The translations under genes were made by a program, and so were the position numbers. The notes under the pieces are model-generated. The model saw only the letters and a program-made list of their open reading frames with translations. It searched no databases and was not told where the DNA came from. Shown here in pieces: positions 12,501 to 26,000 of a DNA stretch of 64,000 bases. How positions within the stretch are numbered: position 1 is the stretch's first letter; every line of letters starts with the position of its first letter. Source of the DNA: Eledone cirrhosa (Eukaryota). The DNA lies in the NCBI GenBank assembly GCA_964016885.1, contig CAXHJY010000096.1, forward strand, positions 1,612,001-1,676,000, in the 5' to 3' direction.

Positions 12501-15500
12501 TAAAAAAAATGAAAGGGGAGATAATATCCAGCCGTCCAAGGGGAGATAATTTCCAGCCGTCCAAGGGGAGATAATTTCCAGCCGTCCAAGGGGAGATAAT
12601 TTCCATCCTTCCAAGGGGATATAATTTCCAGCCGTCCAAGGGGAGATAATTTCCCGCCTGCCAAGGGAAGATAATTTTAAAAAAAATCAGGCGGAGATTG
12701 TAAAAAAAATCAGGGGGGAGATAATTTGTAAAAAAATCAGGGGGAGATAATTTGTAAAAAAAAATCAGGGGGAGATAATTTGTAAAAAATAATCAGGGGG
12801 AGATAATTTGTAAAAAAAAATCAAGGGGAGATAATTTCCAGCCGTCCAAGGGGAGATAATTTCCCGCCAGCCAAGGGAAGATAATTTTTAAAAAAATCAG
12901 GCGGAGATTGTAAAAAAAATCAGGGGGGAGATAATTTGTAAAAAAATCAGGAGGAGATAATTTGTAAAAAATAATCAGGGGGAGATAATTTGTAAAAAAA
13001 TTCAAGGGGAGATAATTTCCAGCCGTCCAAGGGGAGATAATTTCCCGCCAGCCAAGGGAAGATAATATTTAAAAAAATTAGGCGGAGATAATTTGTAAAA
13101 AAAATCAGGGGGAGATAATTTGTAAAAAAATCAGGGGGAGATAATTTGTAAAAAAAATCAGGGGGAGATAATTTGTAAAAAAAATCATGGGGAGATAATT
13201 TGTAAAAAAAAATCAGGGGTAGATAATTTGTAAAAAAAAATCAGGGGGAGATAATTTGTAAAAAAAAATCAGGGGGAGATAATTTGTAAAAAAAATCAAG
13301 GGGAGATAATATCCAGCCGTCCAAGGAGAGATAATTTTAAAAAAAAATGAGGCGGAGATAATTTGTAAAAAAAAAATCAGGGGGAGTTAATTTGTAAAAA
13401 AAAATGAGGGGGAGATAATTTGTAAAAAAAATCAAGGGGAGATAATTTCCAGCCGTCCAAGGGGAGATAATTTTCAGCCGTCCAAGGAGAGGTAATTTCT
13501 AGCCGTCCAAGGGGAGATAATTTCCAGCCGTCCAAGGGGAGGTAATTTCCAGCCGTCCAAGGGGAGATAAATTAAAAAAAAAATCAGGCGGAGATAATTT
13601 GTAAAAAAAATCAAGGGGAGATAATTTGCAGCCGTCCAATGGGAGATAATTTTCAGTCGTCCAAGGAGAGGTAATTTCTAGCCGTCCAAGGGGAGATAAT
13701 TTCCAGCCGTCCAAGGGGAGATAATTTCCAGCCGTCCAAGGGGAGATAATTTTTTTTTAAAAATCAGGCGGAGATAATTTGTAAAAAAAATCAGGGGGAG
13801 ATAATTTGTAAACAAAATCAGGGGGAGATAATTTGTAAAAAAAAATCAGGGGGAGATAATTTGTAAAAAAAATTAGGCGTAGATAATTTGTAAAAAAAAA
13901 TCAGGGGGAGATAATTTGTAAAAAAAAATCAGGGGGAGATAATTTGTTTAAAAAATCAAGGGGAGATAATTTGCAGCCGTCCAAGGGGAGATAATTTTCA
14001 GCCGTCCAAGGAGAGGTAATTTCTAGCCGTTCAAGGGGAGATAATTTCCAGCCGTCCAAGGGGAGATAATTTCCAGCCGTCCAAGGGGAGATAATTTTTT
14101 TTAAAAAATCAGGCGGAGATAATTTGTAAAAAAAAATCAGGGGGAGATAATTTGTAAAAAAAAATCAGGGGGAGATAATTTGTAAAAAAAATCAAGGGGA
14201 GATAATTTCCAGCCGTCCAAGGGGAGGTAATATCTAGCCGTCCAAGGGGAGATAATTTCCAGCCGTCCAAGGGGAGATAATTTCCAGCCGCCCAAGGGGA
14301 GATAATTTCCAGCCGTCCAAGGAGACATATTTTCCAGCCGTCCAAGGCGAGGTAATTTCTAGCCGTCCAAGGGGAGATAAATTCCAGCCTCCAAGGGGAG
14401 ATAATTTCCAGCCAGCCAAGGGGAGATAATTTGTAAAAAAATCAGGGGGAGATAATTTGTAAAAAATATCAGGGAGATAATTTGTAAAAAAAAATCAGGG
14501 GGAGATAATTTGTAAAAAAAATCAGGGGGAGATAATTTGTAAAAAAAAATCAGGGGGAGATAATTTGTAAAAAAAATCAAGGGGAGATAATTTCCAGCCG
14601 TCCAAGGGGAGATAATTTTCAGCCGTCCAAGGAGAGGTAATTTCTAGCCGTCCGAGGAGAGATAATTTCCAGCCGTCCAAGGGGAGATAATTTCCAGCCG
14701 TCCAAGGGGAGATAATTTCCAGCCGTCCAAGGAGACATATTTTCCAGCCGTCCAAGGAGAGGTAATTTCTAGCCGTCCAAGGGGAGATAAATTCCAGCCT
14801 CCAAGGGGAGATAATTTCCAGCCAGCCAAGGGGAGATAATTTGTAAAAAAATCAGGGGGAGATAATTTGCAAAAAAAATCAGGGGGAGATAATTTGTAAA
14901 AAAATCAGGGGGAGATAATTTGTAAAAAATAATCAGGGGGAGATAATTTCCAGCCGTCGAAGGGGAGATAATTTAAAAAAAAATCAGGCGGAGGTAATTT
15001 GTAAAAAAAAATCAGGGGGAGATAATTTGTAAAAAAAAATCAGGGGGAGATAATTTGTAAAATAAATCAAGGGGAGATAATTTCCAGCCGTCCAAGGGGA
15101 GATAATTTTCAGCCGTCCAAGGGGAGATAATTTCCAGCCGTCCAAGGGTAGATAATATCCAGCCGTCCAAGGACATATTTTCCAGCCGTCCAAGGAGAGG
15201 TAATTTCTAGCCGTCCAAGGGGAGATAAATTCCAGCCTCCAAGGGGAGATAATTTCCAGCCAGCCAAGGGGAGATAATTTGTAAAAAAATCAGGGGGAGA
15301 TAATTTTTTTTTCAAAATCATTGGGAGATTTGTAAAAAAAATCAGGGGGAGATAATTTGTAAAAAAAATCAAGGGGAGATAATTTCCAGCCGTCCAAGGG
15401 GAGGTAATATCTAGCCGTCCAAGGGGAGATAATTTCCAGCCGTCCAAGGGTAGATAATATCCAGCCGTCCAAGGACATATTTTCCAGCCGTCCAAGGAGA

Positions 15501-17562
15501 GGTAATTTCTAGCCGTCCAAGGGGAGATAAATTCCAGCCTCCAAGGGGAGATAATTTCCAGCCAGCCAAGGGGAGATAATTTGTAAAAAAATCAGGGGGA
15601 GATAATTTGTAAAAAAAATCAGGGGGAGATAATTTGTAAAAAAAAATCAGGGGGAGATAATTTGTAAAAAAAAATCAGGGGGAGATAATTTGTAAAAAAA
15701 ATCAGGGGGAGATAATTTGTAAAAAAAATCAAGGGGAGATCATTTCCAGCCGTCCAAGGGAGATAATTTTCAGCCGTCCAAGGGGAGATAATTTCCCGCC
15801 AGCCAAGGGAAGATAATATTTAAAAAAATCAGGCGGAGATAATTTGTAAAAAAAATCAGGGGGAGATAATTTGTAAAAAAATCAGGGGGAGATAATTTGT
15901 AAAAGAAAAATCAGGGGGAGATAATTTGTAAAAAAAATCAGGGGGAGATAATTTGTAAAAAAAAATCAGGGGTAGATAATTTGTAAAAAAAAATCAGGGG
16001 GAGATAATTTGTAAAAAAAATCAGAGGGAGATAATTTGTAAAAAAAATGAAAGGGGAGATAATATCCAGCCGTCCAAGGGGAGATAATTTCCAGCCTTCC
16101 AAGGGGAGATAATTTCCAGCCGTCCAAGGGGAGATAATTTCCATCCTTCCAAGGGGATATAATTTCCAGCCGTCCAAGGGGAGATAATTTCCCGCCAGCC
16201 AAGGTAAGATAATTTTTAAAAAAATCAGGCGGAGATTGTAAAAAAAATCAGGGGGGAGATAATTTGTAAAAAAATCAGGGGGAGATAATTTGTAAAAAAA
16301 AATCAGGGGGAGATAATTTGTAAAAAATAATCAGGGGGAGATAATTTGTAAAAAAAAAATCAAGGGGAGATAATTTCCAGCCGTCCAAGGGGAGATAATT
16401 TCCCGCCAGCCAAGGGAAGATAATATTTAAAAAAATTAGGCGGAGATAATTTGTAAAAAAAATCAGGGGGAGATAATTTGTAAAAAAATCAGGGGGAGAT
16501 AATTTGTAAAAAAAATCAGGGGGAGATAATTTGTAAAAAAAATCATGGGGAGATAATTTGTAAAAAAAAATCAGGGGTAGATAATTTGTAAAAAAAAATC
16601 AGGGGGAGATAATTTGTAAAAAAAAATCAGGGGGAGATAATTTGTAAAAAAAATCAAGGGGAGATAATTTCCAGCCGTCCAAGGGGAGATAATTTTCAGC
16701 CGTCCAAGAAGAGGTAATTTCTAGCCGTCCAAGGGGAGATAATTTCCAGCCGTCCAAGGGGAGGTAATTTCCAGCCGTCCAAGGGGAGATAATTTTTAAA
16801 AAAAAATCAGGCGGAGATAATTTGTAAAAAAAATCAAGGGGAGATACTTTGCAGCCGTCCAAGGGGAGATAATTTTCAGTCGTCCAAGGAGAGGTAATTT
16901 CTAGCCGTCCAAGGGGAGATAATTTCCAGCCGTCCAAGGGGAGATAATTTCCAGCCGTCCAAGGGGAGATAATTTTTTTTTAAAAATCAGGCGGAGATAA
17001 TTTGTAAAAAAAATCAGGGGGAGATAATTTGTAAACAAAATCAGGGGGAGATAATTTGTAAAAAAAAATCAGGGGGAGATAATTTGTAAAAAAAATCAAG
17101 GAGAGATAATTTCCAGCCGTCCAAGGGAAGATAATTTCCAGCCGTCCAAGGAGACATATTTTCCAGCCGTCCAAGGCGAGGTAATTTCTAGCCGTCCAAG
17201 GGGAGATAAATTCCAGCCTCCAAGGGGAGATAATTTCCAGCCAGCCAAGGGGAGATAATTTGTAAAAAAATCAGGGGGAGATAATTTGTAAAAAATATCA
17301 GGGAGATAATTTGTAAAAAAATATCAGGGGGAGATAATTTGTAAAAAAAATCAGGGGGAGATAATTTGTAAAAAAAAATCAGGGGGAGATAATTTGTAAA
17401 AAAAATCAAGGGGAGATAATTTCCAGCCGTCCAAGGGGAGATAATTTTCAGCCGTCCAAGGAGAGGTAATTTCTAGCCGTCCGAGGAGAGATAATTTCCA
17501 GCCGTCCAAGGGGAGATAATTTCCAGCCGTCCAAGGGGAGATAATTTCCAGCCGTCCAAGGA

Positions 17563-20500
17563 GACATATTTTCCAGCCGTCCAAGGAGAGGTAATTTCTA
17601 GCCGTCCAAGGGGAGATAAATTCCAGCCTCCAAGGGGAGATAATTTCCAGCCAGCCAAGGGGAAATAATTTGTAAAAAAATCAGGGGGAGATAATTTGCA
17701 AAAAAAATCAGGGGGAGATAATTTGTAAAAAAAATCAGGGGGAGATAATTTGTAAAAAATAATCAGGGGGAGATAATTTCAAGCCGTCCAAGGGGAGATA
17801 ATTTAAAAAAAAATCAGGCGGAGATAATTTGTAAAAAAAAATCAGGGGGAGATAATTTGTAAAAAAAAATCAGGGGGAGATAATTTGTAAAAAAAATCAA
17901 GGGGAGATAATTTCCAGCCGTCCAAGGGGAGATAATTTTCAGCCGTCCAAGGGGAGATAATTTCCCGCCAGCCAAGGGAAGATAATATTTAAAAAAATCA
18001 GGGGGAGATAATTTGTAAAAAAAATCAGGGGGAGATAATTTGTAAAAAAAAATCAGGGGGAGATAATTTGTAAAAAAAAATCAGGGTGAGATAATTTGCA
18101 AAAAAAATCAGGGGGAGATAATTTGTAAAAAAATATCAGGGGTAGATAATTTGTAAAAAAAAATCAGGGGGAGATAATTTCCAGCCGTCCAAGGAGAGAT
18201 AATTTTAAAAAAAATCAGGCGGAGATAATTTGTAAAAAAAAATCAGGGTGAAATAATTTGTAAAAAAAATCAGGGGGAGATAATTTGTAAAAAAAAATCA
18301 GGGGTAGATAATTTGTAAAAAAAAATCAGGGGGAGATAATTTGTAAAAAAAAATCAGGAGGAGATAATTTGTAAAAAAAATCAAGGGGAGATAATTTCCA
18401 GCCGTCCAAGGAGAGATAATTTTAAAAAAAATCAGGCGGAGATAATTTGTAAAAAAAAATCAGGGGGAGATAATTTCCAGCCGTCCAAGGGGAGATAATT
18501 TTCAGCCGTCCAAGGAGAGGTAATTTCTAGCCGTCCAAGGGGAGATAATTTCCAGCCGTCCAAGGGGAGGTAATTTCCAGCCGTCCAAGGGGAGATAATT
18601 TTAAAAAAAAATCAGGCGGAGATAATTTGTAAAAAAAATCAAGGGGAGATAATTTGCAGCCGTCCAAGGGGAGATAATTTTCAGTCGTCCAAGGAGAGGT
18701 AATTTCTAGCCGTCCAAGGGGAGATAATTTCCAGCCGTCCAAGGGGAGATAATTTCCAGCCGTCCAAGGGGAGATAATTTTTTTTAAAAAATCAGGCGGA
18801 GATAATTTGTAAAAAAAATCAGGGGGAGATAATTTGTAAACAAAATCAGGGGGAGATAATTTGTAAAAAAAAATCAGGGGGAGATAATTTGTAAAAAAAA
18901 TTAGGCGTAGATAATTTGTAAAAAAAAATCAGGGGGAGATAATTTGTAAAAAAAAATCAGGGGGAGATAATTTGTTTAAAAAATCAAGGGGAGATAATTT
19001 GCAGCCGTCCAAGGGGAGATAATTTTCAGCCGTCCAAGGAGAGGTAATTTCTAGCCGTTCAAGGGGAGATAATTTCCAGCCGTCCAAGGGGAGATAATTT
19101 CCAGCCGTCCAAGGGGAGATAATTTTTTTTAAAAAATCAGGCGGAGATAATTTGTAAAAAAAAATCAGGGGGAGATAATTCGTAAAAAAAAATCAGGGGG
19201 AGATAATTTGTAAAAAAAAATCAGGGGGAGATAATTTGTAAAAAAAATCAAGGGGAGATAATTTCCAGCCGTCCAAGGGGAGGTAATATCTAGCCGTCCA
19301 AGGGGAGATAATTTCCAGCCGTCCAAGGGGAGATAATTTCCAGCCGTCCAAGGGGAGATAATTTCCAGCCGTCCAAGGAGACATATTTTCCAGCCGTCCA
19401 AGGCGAGGTAATTTCTAGCCGTCCAAGGGGAGATTAATTCCAGCCTCCAAGGGGAGATAATTTCCAGCCAGCCAAGGGGAGATAATTTGTAAAAAAATCA
19501 GGGGGAGATAATTTGTAAAAAATATCAGGGAGATAATTTGTAAAAAAAAATCAGGGGGAGATAATTTGTAAAAAAAATCAGGGGGAGATAATTTGTAAAA
19601 AAAAATCAGGGGGAGATAATTTGTAAAAAAAATCAAGGGGAGATAATTTCCAGCCGTCCAAGGGGAGATAATTTTCAGCCGTCCAAGGAGAGGTAATTTC
19701 TAATCCGTCCGAGGAGAGATAATTTCCAGCCGTCCAAGGGGAGATAATTTCCAGCCGTCCAAGGGGAGATAATTTCCAGCCGTCCAAGGAGACATATTTT
19801 CCAGCCGTCCAAGGAGAGGTAATTTCTAGCCGTCCAAGGGGAGATAAATTCCAGCCTCCAAGGGGAGATAATTTCCAGCCAGCCAAGGGGAGATAATTTG
19901 TAAAAAAATCAGGGGGAGATAATTTGCAAAAAAAATCAGGGGGAGATAATTTGTAAAAAAAATCAGGGGGAGATAATTTGTAAAAAATAATCAGGGGGAG
20001 ATAATTTCCAGCCGTCCAAGGGAAGATAATTTCCAGCCCTCCAAGGGGCTATAATTTCCAGTGTCCAAGGGGAGATAATTTCCAGCCAGCGAAGGGGAGA
20101 TAATTTTTTTTAAAAAATCATTGGGAGATTTGTAAAAAAAATCAGGGGGAGATAATTTGTAAAAAAAATCAAGGGGAGATAATTTCCAGCCGTCCAAGGG
20201 GAGGTAATATCTAGCCGTCCAAGGGTAGATAATTTCCAGCCGTCCAACGGGAGATAATTTCCAGCCGTCCAAGGGTAGATAATATCCAGCCGCCCAAGGA
20301 CATATTTTCCAGCCGTCCAAGGAGAGGTAATTTCTAGCCGTCCAAGGGGAGATAAATTCCAGCCTCCAAGGGGAGATAATTTCCAGCCAGCCAAGGGGAA
20401 ATAATTTGTAAAAAAATCAGGGGGAGATAATTTGCAAAAAAAATCAGGGGGAGATAATTTGTAAAAAAAATCAGGGGGAGATAATTTGTAAAAAATAATC

Positions 20501-23090
20501 AGGGGGAGATAATTTCAAGCCGTCCAAGGGGAGATAATTTAAAAAAAAATCAGGCGGAGATAATTTGTAAAAAAAAATCAGGGGGAGATAATTTGTAAAA
20601 AAAAATCAGGGGGAGATAATTTGTAAAAAAAATCAAGGGGAGATAATTTCCAGCCGTCCAAGGGGAGATAATTTTCAGCCGTCCAAGGGGAGATAATTTC
20701 CCGCCAGCCAAGGGAAGATAATATTTAAAAAAATCAGGGGGAGATAATTTGTAAAAAAAATCAGGGGGAGATAATTTGTAAAAAAAAATCAGGGGGAGAT
20801 AATTTGTAAAAAAAATCAGGGTGAGATAATTTGCAAAAAAAATCAGGGGGAGATAATTTGTAAAAAAATATCAGGGGTAGATAATTTGTAAAAAAAAATC
20901 AGGGGGAGATAATTTCCAGCCGTCCAAGGAGAGATAATTTTAAAAAAAATCAGGCGGAGATAATTTGTAAAAAAAAATCAGGGGGAGATAATTTGTAAAA
21001 AAAATCAGGGGGAGATAATTTGTAAAAAAAAATCAGGGGTAGATAATTTGTAAAAAAAAATCAGGGGGAGATAATTTGTAAAAAAAAATCAGGAGGAGAT
21101 AATTTGTAAAAAAAATCAAGGGGAGATAATTTCCAGCCGTCCAAGGAGAGATAATTTTAAAAAAAATCAGGCGGAGATAATTTGTAAAAAAAAATCAGGG
21201 GGAGATAATTTCCAGCCGTCCAAGGGGAGATAATTTTCAGCCGTCCAAGGAGAGGTAATTTCTAGCCGTCCAAGGGGAGATAATTTCCAGCCGTCCAAGG
21301 GGAGGTAATTTCCAGCCGTCCAAGGGGAGATAATTTTAAAAAAAAATCAGGCGGAGATAATTTGTAAAAAAAATCAAGGGGAGATAATTTGCAGCCGTCC
21401 AAGGGGAGATAATTTTCAGTCGTCCAAGGAGAGGTAATTTCTAGCCGTCCAAGGGGAGATAATTTCCAGCCGTCCAAGGGGAGATAATTTCCAGCCGTCC
21501 AAGGGGAGATAATTTTTTTTAAAAAATCAGGCGGAGATAATTTGTAAAAAAAATCAGGGGGAGATAATTTGTAAACAAAATCAGGGGGAGATAATTTGTA
21601 AAAAAAAATCAGGGGGAGATAATTTGTAAAAAAAATTAGGCGTAGATAATTTGTAAAAAAAAATCAGGGGGAGATAATTTGTAAAAAAAAATCAGGGGGA
21701 GATAATTTGTTTAAAAAATCAAGGGGAGATAATTTGCAGCCGTCCAAGGGGAGATAATTTTCAGCCGTCCAAGGAGAGGTAATTTCTAGCCGTTCAAGGG
21801 GAGATAATTTCCAGCCGTCCAAGGGGAGATAATTTCCAGCCGTCCAAGGGGAGATAATTTTTTTTAAAAAATCAGGCGGAGATAATTTGTAAAAAAAAAT
21901 CAGGGGGAGATAATTCGTAAAAAAAAATCAGGGGGAGATAATTTGTAAAAAAAAATCAGGGGGAGATAATTTGTAAAAAAAATCAAGGGGAGATAATTTC
22001 CAGCCGTCCAAGGGGAGGTAATATCTAGCCGTCCAAGGGGAGATAATTTCCAGCCGTCCAAGGGGAGATAATTTCCAGCCGTCCAAGGGGAGATAATTTC
22101 CAGCCGTCCAAGGAGACATATTTTCCAGCCGTCCAAGGCGAGGTAATTTCTAGCCGTCCAAGGGGAGATTAATTCCAGCCTCCAAGGGGAGATAATTTCC
22201 AGCCAGCCAAGGGGAGATAATTTGTAAAAAAATCAGGGGGAGATAATTTGTAAAAAATATCAGGGAGATAATTTGTAAAAAAAAATCAGGGGGAGATAAT
22301 TTGTAAAAAAAATCAGGGGGAGATAATTTGTAAAAAAAAATCAGGGGGAGATAATTTGTAAAAAAAATCAAGGGGAGATAATTTCCAGCCGTCCAAGGGG
22401 AGATAATTTTCAGCCGTCCAAGGAGAGGTAATTTCTAATCCGTCCGAGGAGAGATAATTTCCAGCCGTCCAAGGGGAGATAATTTCCAGCCGTCCAAGGG
22501 GAGATAATTTCCAGCCGTCCAAGGAGACATATTTTCCAGCCGTCCAAGGAGAGGTAATTTCTAGCCGTCCAAGGGGAGATAAATTCCAGCCTCCAAGGGG
22601 AGATAATTTCCAGCCAGCCAAGGGGAGATAATTTGTAAAAAAATCAGGGGGAGATAATTTGCAAAAAAAATCAGGGGGAGATAATTTGTAAAAAAAATCA
22701 GGGGGAGATAATTTGTAAAAAATAATCAGGGGGAGATAATTTCCAGCCGTCCAAGGGAAGATAATTTCCAGCCCTCCAAGGGGCTATAATTTCCAGTGTC
22801 CAAGGGGAGATAATTTCCAGCCAGCGAAGGGGAGATAATTTTTTTTAAAAAATCATTGGGAGATTTGTAAAAAAAATCAGGGGGAGATAATTTGTAAAAA
22901 AAATCAAGGGGAGATAATTTCCAGCCGTCCAAGGGGAGGTAATATCTAGCCGTCCAAGGGTAGATAATTTCCAGCCGTCCAACGGGAGATAATTTCCAGC
23001 CGTCCAAGGGTAGATAATATCCAGCCGCCCAAGGACATATTTTCCAGCCGTCCAAGGAGAGGTAATTTCTAGCCGTCCAAGGGGAGATAA
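17563..23090 (+). repeat. Tandem duplication, period 2,735-2,736 bp (two copies: 17563-20298 and 20299-23033)
   Basis: ORF-track offsets 18527/21262, 19165/21900 and 19991/22726 all equal 2735. Private variants in both copies: TTTCAAGCCGT (~17778/~20514) and TCTAATCCGTCCGAGG (~19699/~22435). Confidence 0.92.
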
Positions 23091-26000
23091 TTTCCAGCCG
23101 TCCAAGGGTAGATAATATCCAGCCGTCCAAGGACATATTTTCCAGCCGTCCAAGGAGAGGTAATTTCTAGCCGTCCAAGGGGAGATAAATTCCAGCCTCC
23201 AAGGGGAGATAATTTCCAGCCAGCCAAGGGGAGATAATTTGTAAAAAAATCAGGGGGAGATAATTTGTAAAAAAAATCAGGGGGAGATAATTTGTAAAAA
23301 AAAATCAGGGGGAGATAATTTGTAAAAAAAAATCAGGGTGAGATAATTTGCAAAAAAAATCAGGGGGAGATAATTTGTAAAAAAAAATCAGGGGTAGATA
23401 ATTTGTAAAAAAAAATCAGGGGGAGATAATTTGTAAAAAAAAATCAGGGGGAGATAATTTGTAATAAAAATCAAGGGGAGATAATTTCCAGCCGTCCAAG
23501 GAGAGATAATTTAAAAAAAAATCAGGCGGAGATAATTTGTAAAAAAAAATCAGGGGGAGATAATTTGTAAAAAAAATCAGGGGGAGATAATTTGTAAAAA
23601 AAAATCAGGGGTAGATAATTTGTAAAAAAAAATCAGGGGGAGATAATTTGTAAAAAAAAATCAGGAGGAGATAATTTGTAAAAAAAATCAAGGGGAGATA
23701 ATTTCCAGCCGTCCAAGGAGAGATAATTTAAAAAAAAATCAGGCGGAGATAATTTGTAAAAAAAAATCAGGGGGAGATAATTTGTAAAAAAAAATCAGGG
23801 GGAGATAATTTGTAAAAAAAATCAAGGGGAGATAATTTCCAGCCGTCCAAGGGGAGATAATTTTCAGCCGTCCAAGGGGAGATAATTTCCAGCCAGCGAA
23901 GGGGAGATAATTTTTTTTAAAAAATCATTGGGAGATTTGTAAAAAAAATCAGGGGGAGATAATTTGTAAAAAAAATCAAGGGGAGATAATTTCCAGCCGT
24001 CCAAGGGGAGGTAATATCTAGCCGTCCAAGGGGAGATAATTTCCAGCCGTCCAAGGGGAGATAATTTCCAGCCTTCCCAGGGTAGATAATATCCAGCCGC
24101 CCAAGGACATATTTTCCAGCCGTCCAAGGAGAGGTAATTTCTAGCCGTCCAAGGGGAGATAAATTCCAGCCTCCAAGGGGAGATAATTTCCAGCCAGCCA
24201 AGGGGAGATAATTTGTAAAAAAATCAGGGGGAGATAATTTGTAAAAAAAATCAGGGGGATATAATTTGTAAAAAAAAATCAGGGGGAGATAATTTGTAAA
24301 AAAAAATCAGGGGGAGATAATTTGCAAAAAAAATCAGGGGGAGATAATTTGTAAAAAAAAATCAGGGGTAGATAATTTGTAAAAAAAAATCAGGGGGAGA
24401 TAATTTGTAAAAAAAAATCAGGGGGAGATAATTTGTAAAAAAAATCAAGGGGAGATAATTTCGAGCCGTCCAAGGAGAGATAATTTTAAAAAAAATCAGG
24501 CGGAGATAATTTGTAAAAAAAAATCAGGGGGAGATAATTTGTAAAAAAAATCAGGGGGAGATAATTTGTAAAAAAAAATCAGGGGTAGATAATTTGTAAA
24601 AAAAAATCAGGGGGAGATAATTTGTAAAAAAAAATCAGGGGGAGATAATTTGTAAAAAAAATCAAGGGGAGATAATTTCCAGCCGTCCAAGGAGAGATAA
24701 TTTTAAAAAAAATCAGGCGGAGATAATTTGTAAAAAAAAATTAGGGGGAGATAATTTGTAAAAAAAAATCAGGGGGAGATAATTTGTAAAAAAAATCAAG
24801 GGGAGATAATTTCCAGCCGTCCAAGGGGAGATAATTTTCAGCCGTCCAAGGGGAGATAATTTCCCGCCAGCCAAGGGAAGATAATATTCAAAAAAATCAG
24901 GCGGAGATAATTTGTAAAAAAAATCAGGGGGAGATAATTTGTAAAAAAATCAGGGGGAGATAATTTGTAAAAAAAAAAATCAGGGGGAGATAATTTGTAA
25001 AAAAAATCAGGGGGAGATAATTTGTAAAAAAAAATCAGGGGTAGATAATTTGTAAAAAAAAATCAGGGGGAGATAATTTGTAAAAAAAAATCAGGGGGAG
25101 ATAATTTGTAAAAAAAATGAAAGGGGAGATAATATCCAGCCGTCCAAGGGGAGATAATTTCCAGCCGTCCAAGGGGAGATAATTTCCAGCCGTCCAAGGG
25201 GAGATAATTTCCATCCTTCCAAGGGGATATAATTTCCAGCCGTCCAAGGGGAGATAATTTCCATCCTTCCAAGGGGATATAATTTCCAGCCGTCCAAGGG
25301 GAGATAATTTTCAGCCGTCCAAGGAGAGGTAATTTCTAGCCGTCCAAGGAGAGATAATTTCCAGCCGTCCAAGGGGAGATAATTTCCAGCCGTCCAAGGG
25401 GAGATAATTTCCAGCCGTCCAAGGAGACATATTTTCCAGCCGTCCAAGGAGAGGTAATTCCTAGCCGTCCAAGGGGAGATAAATTCCAGCCTCCAAGGGG
25501 AGATAATTTCCAGCCAGCCAAGGGGAGATAATTTGTAAAAAAAATCAGGGGGAGATAATTTGTAAAAAAAATCAGGGGGAGATAATTTGTAAAAAAAAAT
25601 CAGGGGGAGATAATTTGTAAAAAATAATCAGGGGGAGATAATTTGTAAAAAAAATCAAGGGGAGATAATTTCCAGCCGTCCAAGGGGAGATAATTTTCAG
25701 CCGTCCAAGGGGAGATAATTTCCCGCCAGCCAAGGGAAGATAATATTTAAAAAAATTAGGCGGAGATAATTTGTAAAAAAAATCAGGGGGAGATAATTTG
25801 TAAAAAAATCAGGGGGAGATAATTTGTAAAAAAAATCAGGGGGAGATAATTTGTAAAAAAAATCAGGGGGAGATAATTTGTAAAAAAAAATCAGGGGGAG
25901 ATAATTTGTAAAAAAAATCAAGGGGAGATAATTTCCAGCCGTCCAAGGGAAGATAATTTCCAGCCCTCCAAGGGGCTATAATTTCCAGCGTCCAAGGGGA

